From: a virus
Length of the DNA: 64,000 nucleotides
Reading direction: 5' to 3' (one strand)
IMG/VR virus record: IMGVR_UViG_3300042731_004976
Location: 32,001-96,000 of that record
A program made the translations under genes and the position numbers. Each line of letters starts with the position of its first letter. Positions within the stretch are counted from its first letter, which is position 1. The notes below the pieces were generated by a model, which saw only the letters and a list, made by a program, of their open reading frames with translations, ran no database searches and had not been told where the DNA came from. Positions 53,305 to 62,360 of this stretch are shown here, piece by piece.

Positions 53305-54492
53305 CTAGAGTCCGAGCGCCTCCATGGCTTTCTCCGCCTGGCTGTAGCGAGCCTTCAACTCGGGGGGAGGTAGATCGTGTGGGTGCTCTTTGCACCAGGC
53401 GTCGTACTCGTCTCGAACGGTTCTGACCTTCTCCCACTGCTGCGCTTCTGGGATGAGCGCGTCGTGAAACTTTCGCAGCGTCCCGATTCGAGGAAAGGAG
53501 CCCTTGCCTCGAAAGAACCGGTCGTTGATTTGGTCCCATTGTCTTACCATATAGTGTAGGGCATATTCAACGACGGGGCCAGAATAGAGCTGGATCATCT
53601 CTTTGAGCTGCTTCCGCTCCTTCGGCTCCCAGCGGGCGAAGTCGAACTCCGGCCACCGCGCCTTCAGATCTTCGCGCCACTGGACTTGAAGGTGATCCAG
53701 GAACTTCTTGGTGCTGATGGTCTCCGTCTGTCCTTGGAGATTCTCCTTGAGACGCGCCTTCTTCTCCTTCTTCGCTACCTGCTCGCTTCGATGCTTCAGG
53801 AGACGCTGCTTGCTCGCCGCCGTGATTGCGTCGAGGCGAGACTGGTCCAAGGACGAGGGGGACAATGTGGGAGTTTTCCCCACATCCGGCGGAATTTCTT
53901 TCTTCGATTTCTCGCCGGCCGAGGGTGAAGTGTTTTGGAGGGGAAGACTCTCGGCGAGCGAAGGCTCGCCAAGTGATTCTCCTTTCAATGACTCTTTTCC
54001 ATGACTCTCTTTTTGTCCGGAAATATCCTTCCAGGGGGTGTGGAAGGATAGTTCCGGGGGGTGCGGAACGATACTTCCGGGGGTGACAGATCCGTCACCA
54101 CCCTGTGAGGACTTCTCCTGGGGCGGCGGGGGCTCCTGAACGGCCTCCTGGTCAGTCTCCGTCGGCGCCTGTGCCTCGGTCTCCCCTCCGTGCATCCAGG
54201 GGTGGTCTAGGAAGTAGACGAGGTCTGGAAGGCTCTTGTTGGTCTGCTTGACCTGCTCGATGAGACCCCACTTCGCGAGGTCTGTGAGGTAGTTCCGTAC
54301 CTGTCGGTCTGAGACTCCTAGGGCGCTCGCTATCGTCTTCTGCCGCGGGTAGCACTTGCCGTTGTTTCCGGCGTAGCGGGTGAGGCGCGCGTAGCACATC
54401 TTGGCTCCGGGGCTCAGCTCGGGTCGGGGTTCGAGCCACTCAGGCAGCATGGATCCGTGGAACTTCTTCCAGGGGTTGATTCGCTCGCTCAC
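53305..54492 (-). CDS. Replication initiator (lambda O-like, N-terminal wHTH)
   Basis: LSPGAK..Y..L...C.P.Q..IA..LGVS.RQV...L..L...GLI; internal iterons; followed by the loader. Confidence 0.8.
   Translation of the reverse strand: MSERINPWKKFHGSMLPEWLEPRPELSPGAKMCYARLTRYAGNNGKCYPRQKTIASALGVSDRQVRNYLTDLAKWGLIEQVKQTNKSLPDLVYFLDHPWMHGGETEAQAPTETDQEAVQEPPPPQEKSSQGGDGSVTPGSIVPHPPELSFHTPWKDISGQKESHGKESLKGESLGEPSLAESLPLQNTSPSAGEKSKKEIPPDVGKTPTLSPSSLDQSRLDAITAASKQRLLKHRSEQVAKKEKKARLKENLQGQTETISTKKFLDHLQVQWREDLKARWPEFDFARWEPKERKQLKEMIQLYSGPVVEYALHYMVRQWDQINDRFFRGKGSFPRIGTLRKFHDALIPEAQQWEKVRTVRDEYDAWCKEHPHDLPPPELKARYSQAEKAMEALGL
53974..54099. repeat. Putative replication origin: three 23-bp iterons plus adjacent pyrimidine-rich repeats
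   Basis: GGAA-N6-TTCC-(A/G)GGGG units at 54019, 54042, 54065; TGA(C/T)TCT at 53974, 53989, 54002. Confidence 0.7.
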
Positions 54493-54833
54493 GACGCAAC
54501 CTCCTCGCGCTGCTCTTCCAGGTAGAAGCCCTCGTACATCCAGCCGTGGTCGTAGAACTCGACCTTGTTCGGCTTGTTGCCGGTCTGTGGGATGATGGCG
54601 ATCAGGTTGAAGTTGGATAGCTCCGCAAGGTAGCGCTGTACCTGACGCTCACTCACTCCGAGGTCCGTGGCCATCTCAGCGACGGAGGGCTCGTCGTTTT
54701 CCTCCTCACCGAAGATGGCAGAGAGCAACGAGTAGCAGAGCTTAGCTCCTGGGCTTACTTCCTCACGACGAAGCAGCCACGGGGGAATGCAAATTCCTCC
54801 CTGCCACAACCAGGGGTTGATCCTGTTCTCCAT
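54489..54833 (-). CDS. Stand-alone paralog of the initiator's N-terminal wHTH domain
   Basis: RINPW...P.WL...E.SPGAK.CY..L...LGVS.RQV..YL..L...DH.WM shared with 53305..54492. Confidence 0.85.
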   Translation of the reverse strand: MENRINPWLWQGGICIPPWLLRREEVSPGAKLCYSLLSAIFGEEENDEPSVAEMATDLGVSERQVQRYLAELSNFNLIAIIPQTGNKPNKVEFYDHGWMYEGFYLEEQREEVAS

Positions 54834-54851
54834 GTCCTCTCCTTCACAGCT

Positions 54852-55058
54852 CTATGGGCACTCGTCGCATCGTTGCATGAGCGCGACTTTTTGGTCTTCG
54901 ATCTTTCCCGCAAACTCCCAAAGCAGGGCGCGAGCGGAATCCCCAGGCTGCAACACTTCGGCCGCCCGGTAAAGAGCATCTCGTGCGATGCTCAGTTCCT
55001 CGTTGATTCTGCTCGATTGCTCGCGGGTAAGCTCGGGCTCACTTCTCGACGAAGCCAC
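54852..55058 (-). CDS. Hypothetical protein
   Basis: 68-aa ORF. Confidence 0.45.
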   Translation of the reverse strand: MASSRSEPELTREQSSRINEELSIARDALYRAAEVLQPGDSARALLWEFAGKIEDQKVALMQRCDECP

Positions 55059-55356
55059 GACCCTGGCACTTCGGGCAGATCTTTGCCTGGGCGGTGGTCC
55101 ACCGACCGTTGACCACCTTGATCTTGCCCTGCCGCCGCAAACGCTGAAGAGTGCGTCCGAGTACGGAATCGTTGGAGAGGAGTTGGTCCTTCAGCTCACG
55201 GTTCGTCTTCGGTCCGTTCTTCAAGGCAGAGAGCGCTTCCTTCTCGACCTTGAGATCTTCCTCCGAGACACTCCGTTGCCTGCTTGCCTTCTTGGCGACT
55301 CCTACCTTCTTTACGATCTTCTTCTTCGTTCGCGACTTCGTCTTCTTGGCTGCCAT
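55039..55356 (-). CDS. Small basic wHTH protein with Lys-rich N-terminus
   Basis: AAGGA RBS; L..LK.GP.T..EL...L.RL...G.I; CPKC.G.G. Confidence 0.6.
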   Translation of the reverse strand: MAAKKTKSRTKKKIVKKVGVAKKASRQRSVSEEDLKVEKEALSALKNGPKTNRELKDQLLSNDSVLGRTLQRLRRQGKIKVVNGRWTTAQAKICPKCQGRGFVEK

Positions 55357-55394
55357 CGTCCTTCTCCTTATCCGGCGGTACCCGGATGCGTCCT

Positions 55395-55952
55395 TTAGAA
55401 GAGACCTTCTACCTCATCTGTCCCAGAACCGCCGTGGGTTTCGGGATCCTCGTAGGAAGGTAGGGTCTCCGGTGTGGGTTGATTCGTGAAGATGAGCTGG
55501 ATGTTCTCGAAGCTCGTGATCACGTAGTAGAGGGGGAAATTGAAACCTGCCCCATCCTCGTGCTCGAACTCGGTCTTGTAGATAGGCCAGCAAATACCGC
55601 AGAAGGGGCCGGAGAGCGACTCGTCCATCTCCCCGACTTTCCCCTGGACGGCGACCCAGACGAGCTTCTTGGTGATCAGACCCTCGTGTGCGTGCTTTCG
55701 ACACTTCTTCGTGCGTTGGCACACGACCACTTTGCCGGACTTGTACTTCTTCCCCTCGGCCGTCTTGACGTAGCCTCCTCCGTCCTTCGCGATCTTGCGA
55801 ATGTGCTCATAGATGGCGAAGATCAACTCTTCGGAGGCAACCCACTTCTTCAAGGAAGGCTTGTCTACGAGGGAGCCCAAACGGATGAGGGTTTTCTTGT
55901 CGCAGTGCGCGCAGAATCCAAGAGGTCCGGGATACAGATTCGATCCGGCCAT
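55395..55952 (-). CDS. Cys-rich hypothetical protein
   Basis: CAHC, CGIC. Confidence 0.55.
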   Translation of the reverse strand: MAGSNLYPGPLGFCAHCDKKTLIRLGSLVDKPSLKKWVASEELIFAIYEHIRKIAKDGGGYVKTAEGKKYKSGKVVVCQRTKKCRKHAHEGLITKKLVWVAVQGKVGEMDESLSGPFCGICWPIYKTEFEHEDGAGFNFPLYYVITSFENIQLIFTNQPTPETLPSYEDPETHGGSGTDEVEGLF

Positions 55953-55955
55953 CGT

Positions 55956-57929
55956 TCATCGGTGTCGTAGGAAGTTGACGAAGCTTGAAGCCACCAGGTG
56001 CACCAGATCTCGGTCGAAGTGCTCAGGGTCGACGAACCTCCAGTTCTTTGAGGATCCAAACATGAACTGCATCTGTTTGGGAGTGACGTCGAATCTGAGC
56101 TGCGCCTTTCCTGCCCTGCGAGGATCTCTGAAGCGCTCACCCAGCATCACGCAGGTAACGTTGGTTCCGTTCTTTCGCATGGATCGTGATTCGTCCCGAA
56201 CGAATCCCATGAGCTGGTTCGAGTTGAACCACTTGCCGTCGCGGCGGCGGTGAGAAGGAAAACCGTCCGTGAGCAGGAAGCATTGCGTGCTTTCGGTGCC
56301 TTCCGAAAGCCGCCGTCCGGCGACACGTAGAGCGATGTGGATTGGCGTGAGACCTCCGACACCGAGACCCTTTGTGCGCATGATGATATCCTGATGAGGA
56401 TCGAAGCGTGTCAGGACTACTTCTCCTGCTTCCTGCGACGTGAAACCCCAGACCTCTACCGATACGTAGGGGAAGCGCAGCGCACGCTGGATGATGCGTG
56501 CTGCTCTCTCACATTGCACAGTCTTCTGTCCTTCCATCGAGCCTGACCTGTCGATGAGCAAGATTGCTCTAAAGCCTTTGCCAGACCCTTCCGCTTTGAA
56601 GACTGGTACCGGTATTCCGGTGAGCCGTCTCTCGATGAGAGCCCCTACGTCCACTTCTACGCCCGCGTCTTCGAGCGTCGCTTTGCGACGTCCTTCTACC
56701 CGGTGAAAAATGGAACGGAGCCGCATGACCGTGCGTTCGTCCTCCGCGGGGAAGGGCTTGTACTGTCCCGAGGTGTCCTCGTCCAGGAAACGAATTTTTG
56801 CCATGGCGTCCTTTTGGAGCCAGTCGTCTTCCTGGAGTTCTTGGCGCATGTTCTTCCGCGCCTTCTGGACGATCTCGTCCATCTCGTCTTCGGTCGATTC
56901 GAGCAGTTCTTCCATGCTCTGCTCGTCGTTGACGTTGGCCTTGATGGCTTGGTTCGCTTGCGCTTGCGCCTTGGGAGAGGGTCGACCCTTTTGGAACTTG
57001 GAATCTTCGACCGAGTCCTTCACTTGATCGGGAGCGTTGCCGAACTTCTTCAGCAGGTCTTGCAGTGCCTTTGTTCGATCCTGTCCTGACGGCTCTTGCT
57101 TTCCTTCCGGCTTCGGCTTGTTGTCCTTGTTCTTGCCTTGCTGCGGCTGTTTCTTCTCTTGCGGAGGAGCCGCTGCGTTCGGTTGCGGTGGTAGGAGCGG
57201 CGGCAGCTTCTCCTGATCCCGTAGGATCTGGTTCACCATCTGCATGACGAGCCACTTCGATACGACGAGGGTAGAAGCGAAGCCTCGTTGGTTCACTTTG
57301 CGGAACGCTTCCTCGACGAACGGTCGGAACTTGTCCATGTCTCCCGGAGGAATGTTCTCCGGATCGACTTCCAGACACGTGATGAATCCGAGGAGGGTCT
57401 TGTGTGCGTCGGGAAGGAGTTCCTGCACCTTGGTTTTGGCGATCTCCCTCATGTCCTCATAGCTGCCCTGATAGAGTCGACCCCACAGGGATCCGATGCG
57501 GCGCCGTTCGAGGAGCGTGATGATGTGCGTGAGGGCTGTGTGGAGGTAATGGGGTGAGATCTCTTGCCCCATCTTCTTGGAGATTTGCTCGATGCGCCCT
57601 ACATACTCCGAGACGAAGAGCTTCTTCGCTTTGGGATCGGTGCGGAAGAGAATGTGCGCGAGCTGTTCTTCGACCAACCGATAGAAGTTGGGGTCAGAGA
57701 AAGGTACACGGATCTCGTGTCCGTTCGTTGCGGGCTCCGGGCCGTTCTTCAACCACAAGCGCTTGCGTGTGATGCCCGCGAAGGTGTCGACCGTCTTGTA
57801 GGCAACGGTCTTCTTTTGTTGGAAGCGTATGAGGCGGTCGAGGGACTCCAGATCGATCTTCTCGTCCTTCGGTCCTTCGTGCTCCTCTAGAAGCTCCAGG
57901 GGGTCCTGTCCTGGTTGCTGTTGGCTCAT
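55956..57929 (-). CDS. vWA-domain protein (CobT/NorD-like partner of the AAA+ ATPase)
   Basis: MIDAS IDRSGSM, G.TP, LLTDG; ATGA-coupled to the AAA gene. Confidence 0.85.
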   Translation of the reverse strand: MSQQQPGQDPLELLEEHEGPKDEKIDLESLDRLIRFQQKKTVAYKTVDTFAGITRKRLWLKNGPEPATNGHEIRVPFSDPNFYRLVEEQLAHILFRTDPKAKKLFVSEYVGRIEQISKKMGQEISPHYLHTALTHIITLLERRRIGSLWGRLYQGSYEDMREIAKTKVQELLPDAHKTLLGFITCLEVDPENIPPGDMDKFRPFVEEAFRKVNQRGFASTLVVSKWLVMQMVNQILRDQEKLPPLLPPQPNAAAPPQEKKQPQQGKNKDNKPKPEGKQEPSGQDRTKALQDLLKKFGNAPDQVKDSVEDSKFQKGRPSPKAQAQANQAIKANVNDEQSMEELLESTEDEMDEIVQKARKNMRQELQEDDWLQKDAMAKIRFLDEDTSGQYKPFPAEDERTVMRLRSIFHRVEGRRKATLEDAGVEVDVGALIERRLTGIPVPVFKAEGSGKGFRAILLIDRSGSMEGQKTVQCERAARIIQRALRFPYVSVEVWGFTSQEAGEVVLTRFDPHQDIIMRTKGLGVGGLTPIHIALRVAGRRLSEGTESTQCFLLTDGFPSHRRRDGKWFNSNQLMGFVRDESRSMRKNGTNVTCVMLGERFRDPRRAGKAQLRFDVTPKQMQFMFGSSKNWRFVDPEHFDRDLVHLVASSFVNFLRHR

Positions 57930-58780
57930 GCACTCTTCTTCTTGGCTGCGGTGCCGAAGAGAGATCCCAGACGTTCCTCTACGGTATCTCGGTCTGCGCC
58001 CTCGAACTTGCCGAGAACGATCCGACAAGCGTTGGGGATGCCCAAGATTGCCATGTCGTCGAGGATCTGTACCACGTCTCTGGTCGATAGCGCGTACTCC
58101 AGTGCCTTCTGTCTGGTCTCATGCGCTAGAAGAAGTACGCGCTCGACCGTCTTCGGCGGTAGCTTCTTGCTGATCCCCTTTAGAGTCGCTTCGATGATCG
58201 CTTCCTCGTCCTTCGTCTTGGGGTAGTTGAGAGCAATCAGACGAAGACGGGACTTGAGGTCTTCGTTGAGCTGGTGGACTCCTCCGTAGACCGCAGAGTT
58301 CATCGTACCAACGATCCACACCTTGGCACCCTTCTCCAAGGTGAAGACCTTCTGTAGTTCGGGAACCTCGATGCGTGCTCTCCAGTCTGTTGCGGCGTTC
58401 AGCACCTTCTGCATTTGAGGCGTGAGCGCATTGATCTCTTCCATGCAGAGGATGCACTTTCCTACCTCGTTGGCAACCTCGAAAACCGTGGTGAGCGGAC
58501 CGAGAATGAAGGGGGTTTGATCTCCACGGAGTACCTGCATGCCGATGAGATGGGAGCGTCTCACGTCCTCAGAGCAGTCGTAGGTGATGATCGGGCAGTT
58601 GTTGGCATAGGCGAACGATTGGAAGCTCAAGGTCTTCCCGATACCTTTGGGACCCACGGCGACAGTGGGCGCTCGAAAGGACAAGCCCTCGTACAGCGGC
58701 ATCAGCTCGAAAACGTCCACGTACTGGACATCCTTCGGAGCGAAGAGCGATGAGGGCATGCGTTCCGTTGTTTGCTTCAT
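57926..58780 (-). CDS. MoxR/CbbQ/NirQ-type AAA+ ATPase
   Basis: GPKGIGKT, GPL, EEIN, GTMN..YGG...LNEDLKSR, STR. Confidence 0.9.
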   Translation of the reverse strand: MKQTTERMPSSLFAPKDVQYVDVFELMPLYEGLSFRAPTVAVGPKGIGKTLSFQSFAYANNCPIITYDCSEDVRRSHLIGMQVLRGDQTPFILGPLTTVFEVANEVGKCILCMEEINALTPQMQKVLNAATDWRARIEVPELQKVFTLEKGAKVWIVGTMNSAVYGGVHQLNEDLKSRLRLIALNYPKTKDEEAIIEATLKGISKKLPPKTVERVLLLAHETRQKALEYALSTRDVVQILDDMAILGIPNACRIVLGKFEGADRDTVEERLGSLFGTAAKKKSA

Positions 58781-58801
58781 GCGAGCGGTCTCCTTGACGG
58801 G

Positions 58802-58830
58802 AAGGTACTAGGTTGGTTTTGGATAGTCAA
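58802..58830 (-). promoter_or_regulatory. Sigma70-type promoter of the AAA+/vWA operon
   Basis: TTGACT-N17-TACCTT. Confidence 0.7.
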
Positions 58831-58840
58831 GAACGCCCCA

Positions 58841-58860
58841 GTGCGTCCATATGGACGCAC
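58841..58860. repeat. Perfect palindrome, copy 2
   Basis: GTGCGTCCATATGGACGCAC, intergenic. Confidence 0.9.
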
Positions 58861-58869
58861 GGCTTCGGT

Positions 58870-59427
58870 TTAGTTGAAGTGGGTGAGGAGTCCGGCAAAG
58901 GGGCTGTGCTCGTTCACGTCTTCTACCTCGTGAAAGTCCCCTAAGTAGGTCTTGCTGTTCTCATGCAAGACGTCTGCTGCCCAAGCCAAGGGGCGTCCGA
59001 AGCGCAGGTGTTCGAAGGCGAGGAGCACGACGTCCTTGATGCGCTGGTGCTCGTCCTTTTCGAGATCGAATAGTTGGTCGATACTCTCGTTGCCTGTGGT
59101 TCCTTGGGCAGGCTCCACTTCTTCTGCTTGAAACACCATCAGCACTCCTACAGCCTTGTGAATCTTCGCGGAGTGCCTCACAGCTTTTTCGAAGTGCGCA
59201 GAGAGTTCCGGTGTGGAGGTGTCTCCATCGATCCTTCCGATGATGGGTTTCTTGAGCATCTCGTGGGTCTGAGGGTCGACTGTCATGAGCACGAACGCCG
59301 CAGGTGATATGAATCCCACGGCGTCGAACATCTCGCGCACCTTCCCCTTGACCTGCTCAGCGAATATCAAAGCCCCCTCGCGCGTGAGCAGCTCTCGGGG
59401 GTCCCGCTTTTCTTGATCCTTCTCCAA
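58870..59427 (-). CDS. Hypothetical protein (start uncertain)
   Basis: 3' part of ORF 58870..59574. Confidence 0.55.
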   Translation of the reverse strand: MEKDQEKRDPRELLTREGALIFAEQVKGKVREMFDAVGFISPAAFVLMTVDPQTHEMLKKPIIGRIDGDTSTPELSAHFEKAVRHSAKIHKAVGVLMVFQAEEVEPAQGTTGNESIDQLFDLEKDEHQRIKDVVLLAFEHLRFGRPLAWAADVLHENSKTYLGDFHEVEDVNEHSPFAGLLTHFN

Positions 59428-59456
59428 GGTTCGGTAGCCTACCAGATGCTGCTTTC

Positions 59457-59948
59457 CTAGTCGGCTACTTTGCCGTCGACCAGATGCACAGCTGGTACAG
59501 GGACGTCGGCTTCGATGAAGTGTACGGATGCCAGAAGGCTGGGCTTGTTCTCCGGCGCGTCCATGTCCAGCCACTCTCGTGCGAACTCAGCCTTGCTCGT
59601 GTCGTCTCCTCCTGAGGATCCATTACACGCCCACTGCGCATGTTCGTTGACGGCTACCGCGATACGGACACGCACCATTTCTTGAGGAGGGTTCCGAACC
59701 GCATCGAGGGCCCGCTGAGTATCAGCGAGAGCGCCTGCTCGTCCGAGGTTTGGCTTGGCACCTTGCACTTCCTTGCTCAGCAGGGCTCGTCGAATGGCGA
59801 CGAGAAACGCTTCTGGGTGCTTTCGGATAGTGGCGTCGAGCACCTCATCCAAGGCGTCCAGTGGTTGTCCCCCCTCCTTTATCCGCTCCCTTATCCGACG
59901 AGACGCTTCGGCACCGAATTCGATTTTCCAATCAGGCTCGTCGGACAT
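59457..59948 (-). CDS. Hypothetical protein
   Basis: 163-aa ORF. Confidence 0.6.
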   Translation of the reverse strand: MSDEPDWKIEFGAEASRRIRERIKEGGQPLDALDEVLDATIRKHPEAFLVAIRRALLSKEVQGAKPNLGRAGALADTQRALDAVRNPPQEMVRVRIAVAVNEHAQWACNGSSGGDDTSKAEFAREWLDMDAPENKPSLLASVHFIEADVPVPAVHLVDGKVAD

Positions 59949-59960
59949 GGGAGGAGGTTC

Positions 59961-60500
59961 CTACTTGGTGGGTTTGCACTCGGCAAGGAGAGGCTTCATC
60001 TCCTTGGGCTCGGTTACCTTGAGGGCGTGGGTGACGCCGTGCAGGCTCTCCGCTTCCTTCGCCGTGATCTTCCCGGAGTCCACCAGGTACTTGATCTTCG
60101 ACGGGGACGCCTGGAGGACCTTCACCGTGTCGAACGCCTCCTCCAACGGGATACCGTGCTCTTCGAGGAGCGTCTTCAGCGTTTCGGCGTTGGGAGCCGA
60201 CTCCCGGCGGTGCTCTCGGGTCACACGGAAGCCGTCGATGACCACGTACTCGTTGAGGGACTTCTCCGCCTTGGCACCGTGAGCTTCGACGTGAGCGAGG
60301 AGGGAAGCGCGAAGCGGGCTCTTTCGTTCCTTGGCCTGCTTCTCGACGAAGTCCACAGCCTTGTAGGCTCGGACTTGATCGGCAATCGACATTTCGTCGA
60401 GAGGCGTGCTCATCATGCTGCCCCGGGTGAAGGGGGCCACCTCGGTTTGAAGAGCCTGGTGCTTGGTGGACGGAACGGGGGTCTTGGATTTCTTGGGCAT
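59961..60500 (-). CDS. Hypothetical phage protein
   Basis: AAGGAG RBS before ATG 60500. Confidence 0.65.
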   Translation of the reverse strand: MPKKSKTPVPSTKHQALQTEVAPFTRGSMMSTPLDEMSIADQVRAYKAVDFVEKQAKERKSPLRASLLAHVEAHGAKAEKSLNEYVVIDGFRVTREHRRESAPNAETLKTLLEEHGIPLEEAFDTVKVLQASPSKIKYLVDSGKITAKEAESLHGVTHALKVTEPKEMKPLLAECKPTK

Positions 60501-60566
60501 TCTCTTGTCTCCTTGAAGCATCAGCGGCCTTGCGGCGGCGTCTGCCTCACGTTCGAGTTGCTCGGG

Positions 60567-60595
60567 AAGATACAAGTCAGCGTGTGGATTGTCAA
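60567..60595 (-). promoter_or_regulatory. Sigma70-type promoter at the strand switch
   Basis: TTGACA-N17-TATCTT. Confidence 0.75.
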
Positions 60596-60643
60596 GCACA
60601 GCTAGGACAGGAAACGTCCTTGCTCTATACTTGACCCGGCCTC

Positions 60644-60889
60644 ATGGAGAAGCTCGTTCTCGAAGACCTCAGCGACCTGGAAGAAGAACGCTGTCCCCAC
60701 TCGAAGATCGTTCCCTACGGGGATGGCAAGTGGGGACGCTGTGTTCGTTGCGGGGATGCCTCGTTCCCGCTGGTGGCCGAAGACGATCCCGAAGTACCGT
60801 CCGAAGGTCTCGTGATGGTGCTGTACCCAGAGGACCGGGACGCCCTGCTAGACCGCTTGCGGGCTCGCTTGAAGAAACCTTCCCTTTGA
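60644..60889 (+). CDS. Small Zn-ribbon protein
   Basis: CPH...CVRC. Confidence 0.55.
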   Translation: MEKLVLEDLSDLEEERCPHSKIVPYGDGKWGRCVRCGDASFPLVAEDDPEVPSEGLVMVLYPEDRDALLDRLRARLKKPSL

Positions 60890-60914
60890 CAATCGTTCCC
60901 CTGCCTATTACCAT
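60886..60914 (+). promoter_or_regulatory. Sigma70-type promoter
   Basis: TTGACA-N17-TACCAT. Confidence 0.7.
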
Positions 60915-60926
60915 CCGGTTCTCTAC

Positions 60927-61148
60927 GTGGCTGAACCGAGCGAGATCATCGAAGCGATTCAGGAGGTATCGGCAGCAGCCAAGAAGCTGCTGGATTCCAA
61001 GCTCAACGATCGCGCGATCACGCTCTTGATTCAGCAGGCCATCCCTGGGAAGACGAAGCCCACGCAGAAGACCATCCAGATGGTTTTGGAGGCAGCGTCG
61101 AACCTGGACGTGACGTATCTCAAGGCAGAGGAGATCGACACGGAATGA
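60927..61148 (+). CDS. Hypothetical protein
   Basis: LL.S.LN.RAI.LLI motif. Confidence 0.6.
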   Translation: MAEPSEIIEAIQEVSAAAKKLLDSKLNDRAITLLIQQAIPGKTKPTQKTIQMVLEAASNLDVTYLKAEEIDTE

Positions 61149-61405
61149 AACTGATCCGCAAGCGTTGTGTGTACTGCGGGACGCCCTACCGCTACCAAGC
61201 TAGCGGGGGTGGTGCCGGTCGGTACAATCATCCGGACCACTGCCCGGCATGTCGCAAGGTGGTGTGCAAGGCGCTGGCTGAGGTCCCCGTCGTCTATCAA
61301 AGCCCTGGGCGGACCGCTTCTGGCCTGGGCGCGAAAGCGAAGCGGAGATCGAGATCGAGATGCAGGAACACGTTCCTACTGGGGAGCTACGTGGTCCGTG
61401 GGTAG
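61145..61405 (+). CDS. Zn-finger hypothetical protein
   Basis: CVYC...CPAC; ATGA coupling. Confidence 0.5.
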   Translation: MKLIRKRCVYCGTPYRYQASGGGAGRYNHPDHCPACRKVVCKALAEVPVVYQSPGRTASGLGAKAKRRSRSRCRNTFLLGSYVVRG

Positions 61406-61409
61406 AACC

Positions 61410-61925
61410 ATGAGTTGGACTCCGGTAGACCTTACGTTGGAGCAGCTGCGAGCCTCCAAGGACTTCGTGGAGTGTGAAGAGTCCTCGGAGGCGCCTGAGT
61501 TCTCGGGAACCGCTCTGCTCGACGGGCGGTTGTACAAGTATCAGTACGTACACGGGAATCCAGAGAAGCTTCTCCAGGTCCTGGTGTCTGATCAAAAGGT
61601 TGAGGGCAAAGTACGTCGGGTGAACATTCTTCGGCGTGTTGTAGGGAACACCTACCTTCTCGTTCGCGAAACCTGGGAGGCGACTGGCGAGCGTCCAGGG
61701 AAGGACGAGTTGAATCCAGACGCCAAGCGTTTGCTGCTACGCAAGCGACTGGGTCAATATGAGTGGACTCGTCGTGTGCCTCAGGGCCTACCGTACCGAC
61801 TGAATACGGGAGAGCACGTGATCTGTTTCGATCCCTCGTCTTTCGATGCCGTTCTTTTCTCTCGTCTTTCTGGGGACGAGCATGAGGTTCACACTTACTC
61901 TGACGAAACGGAGTGGCCTACATGA
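61410..61925 (+). CDS. Hypothetical protein
   Basis: ATG 61410 within ORF 61167..61925. Confidence 0.5.
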   Translation: MSWTPVDLTLEQLRASKDFVECEESSEAPEFSGTALLDGRLYKYQYVHGNPEKLLQVLVSDQKVEGKVRRVNILRRVVGNTYLLVRETWEATGERPGKDELNPDAKRLLLRKRLGQYEWTRRVPQGLPYRLNTGEHVICFDPSSFDAVLFSRLSGDEHEVHTYSDETEWPT

Positions 61926-62191
61926 GCGAGTTGAAGATCGGCGTCTACTCGGACGACAACATTTGGTACCAAAGCGAAGACGAAGATGGCGAGCTAGGTA
62001 CCGCCGAAGCCTCTTTTCTGGTGGCTTTGCCGGACGGTACGAGGCTTCCTCTGAACGTGAACTACGGGGACAATGGGTGGGAGTTCACCATGAGGTTGCC
62101 CGAGGGGGCGCACCTCATAGAGGTGGAAGACGAGTTGGCTAGCGACGAGGACGACGAGTCCGAGGAGGGGGTATTCTTCGATGAAGACTGA
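61922..62191 (+). CDS. Acidic hypothetical protein
   Basis: ATGA coupling. Confidence 0.55.
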   Translation: MSELKIGVYSDDNIWYQSEDEDGELGTAEASFLVALPDGTRLPLNVNYGDNGWEFTMRLPEGAHLIEVEDELASDEDDESEEGVFFDED

Positions 62192-62360
62192 GCTGGAAGC
62201 GCTGTTCGCTTCGCTCGACACCGAGACCCTGTTGAAAGAGGTTCTTTTGGACGGCTACGAGACGCAGCAGGACTACGAGAAGTACGGAGATGCCTTCGTT
62301 CCCTTGAAGCCTTTGGCACCTACGTGTACTGCCCTCGTGAAGGTGTCAAACGATGAGTGA
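62181..62360 (+). CDS. Small hypothetical protein (59 aa)
   Basis: GAGGAGG RBS; fills the gap. Confidence 0.45.
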   Translation: MKTELEALFASLDTETLLKEVLLDGYETQQDYEKYGDAFVPLKPLAPTCTALVKVSNDE

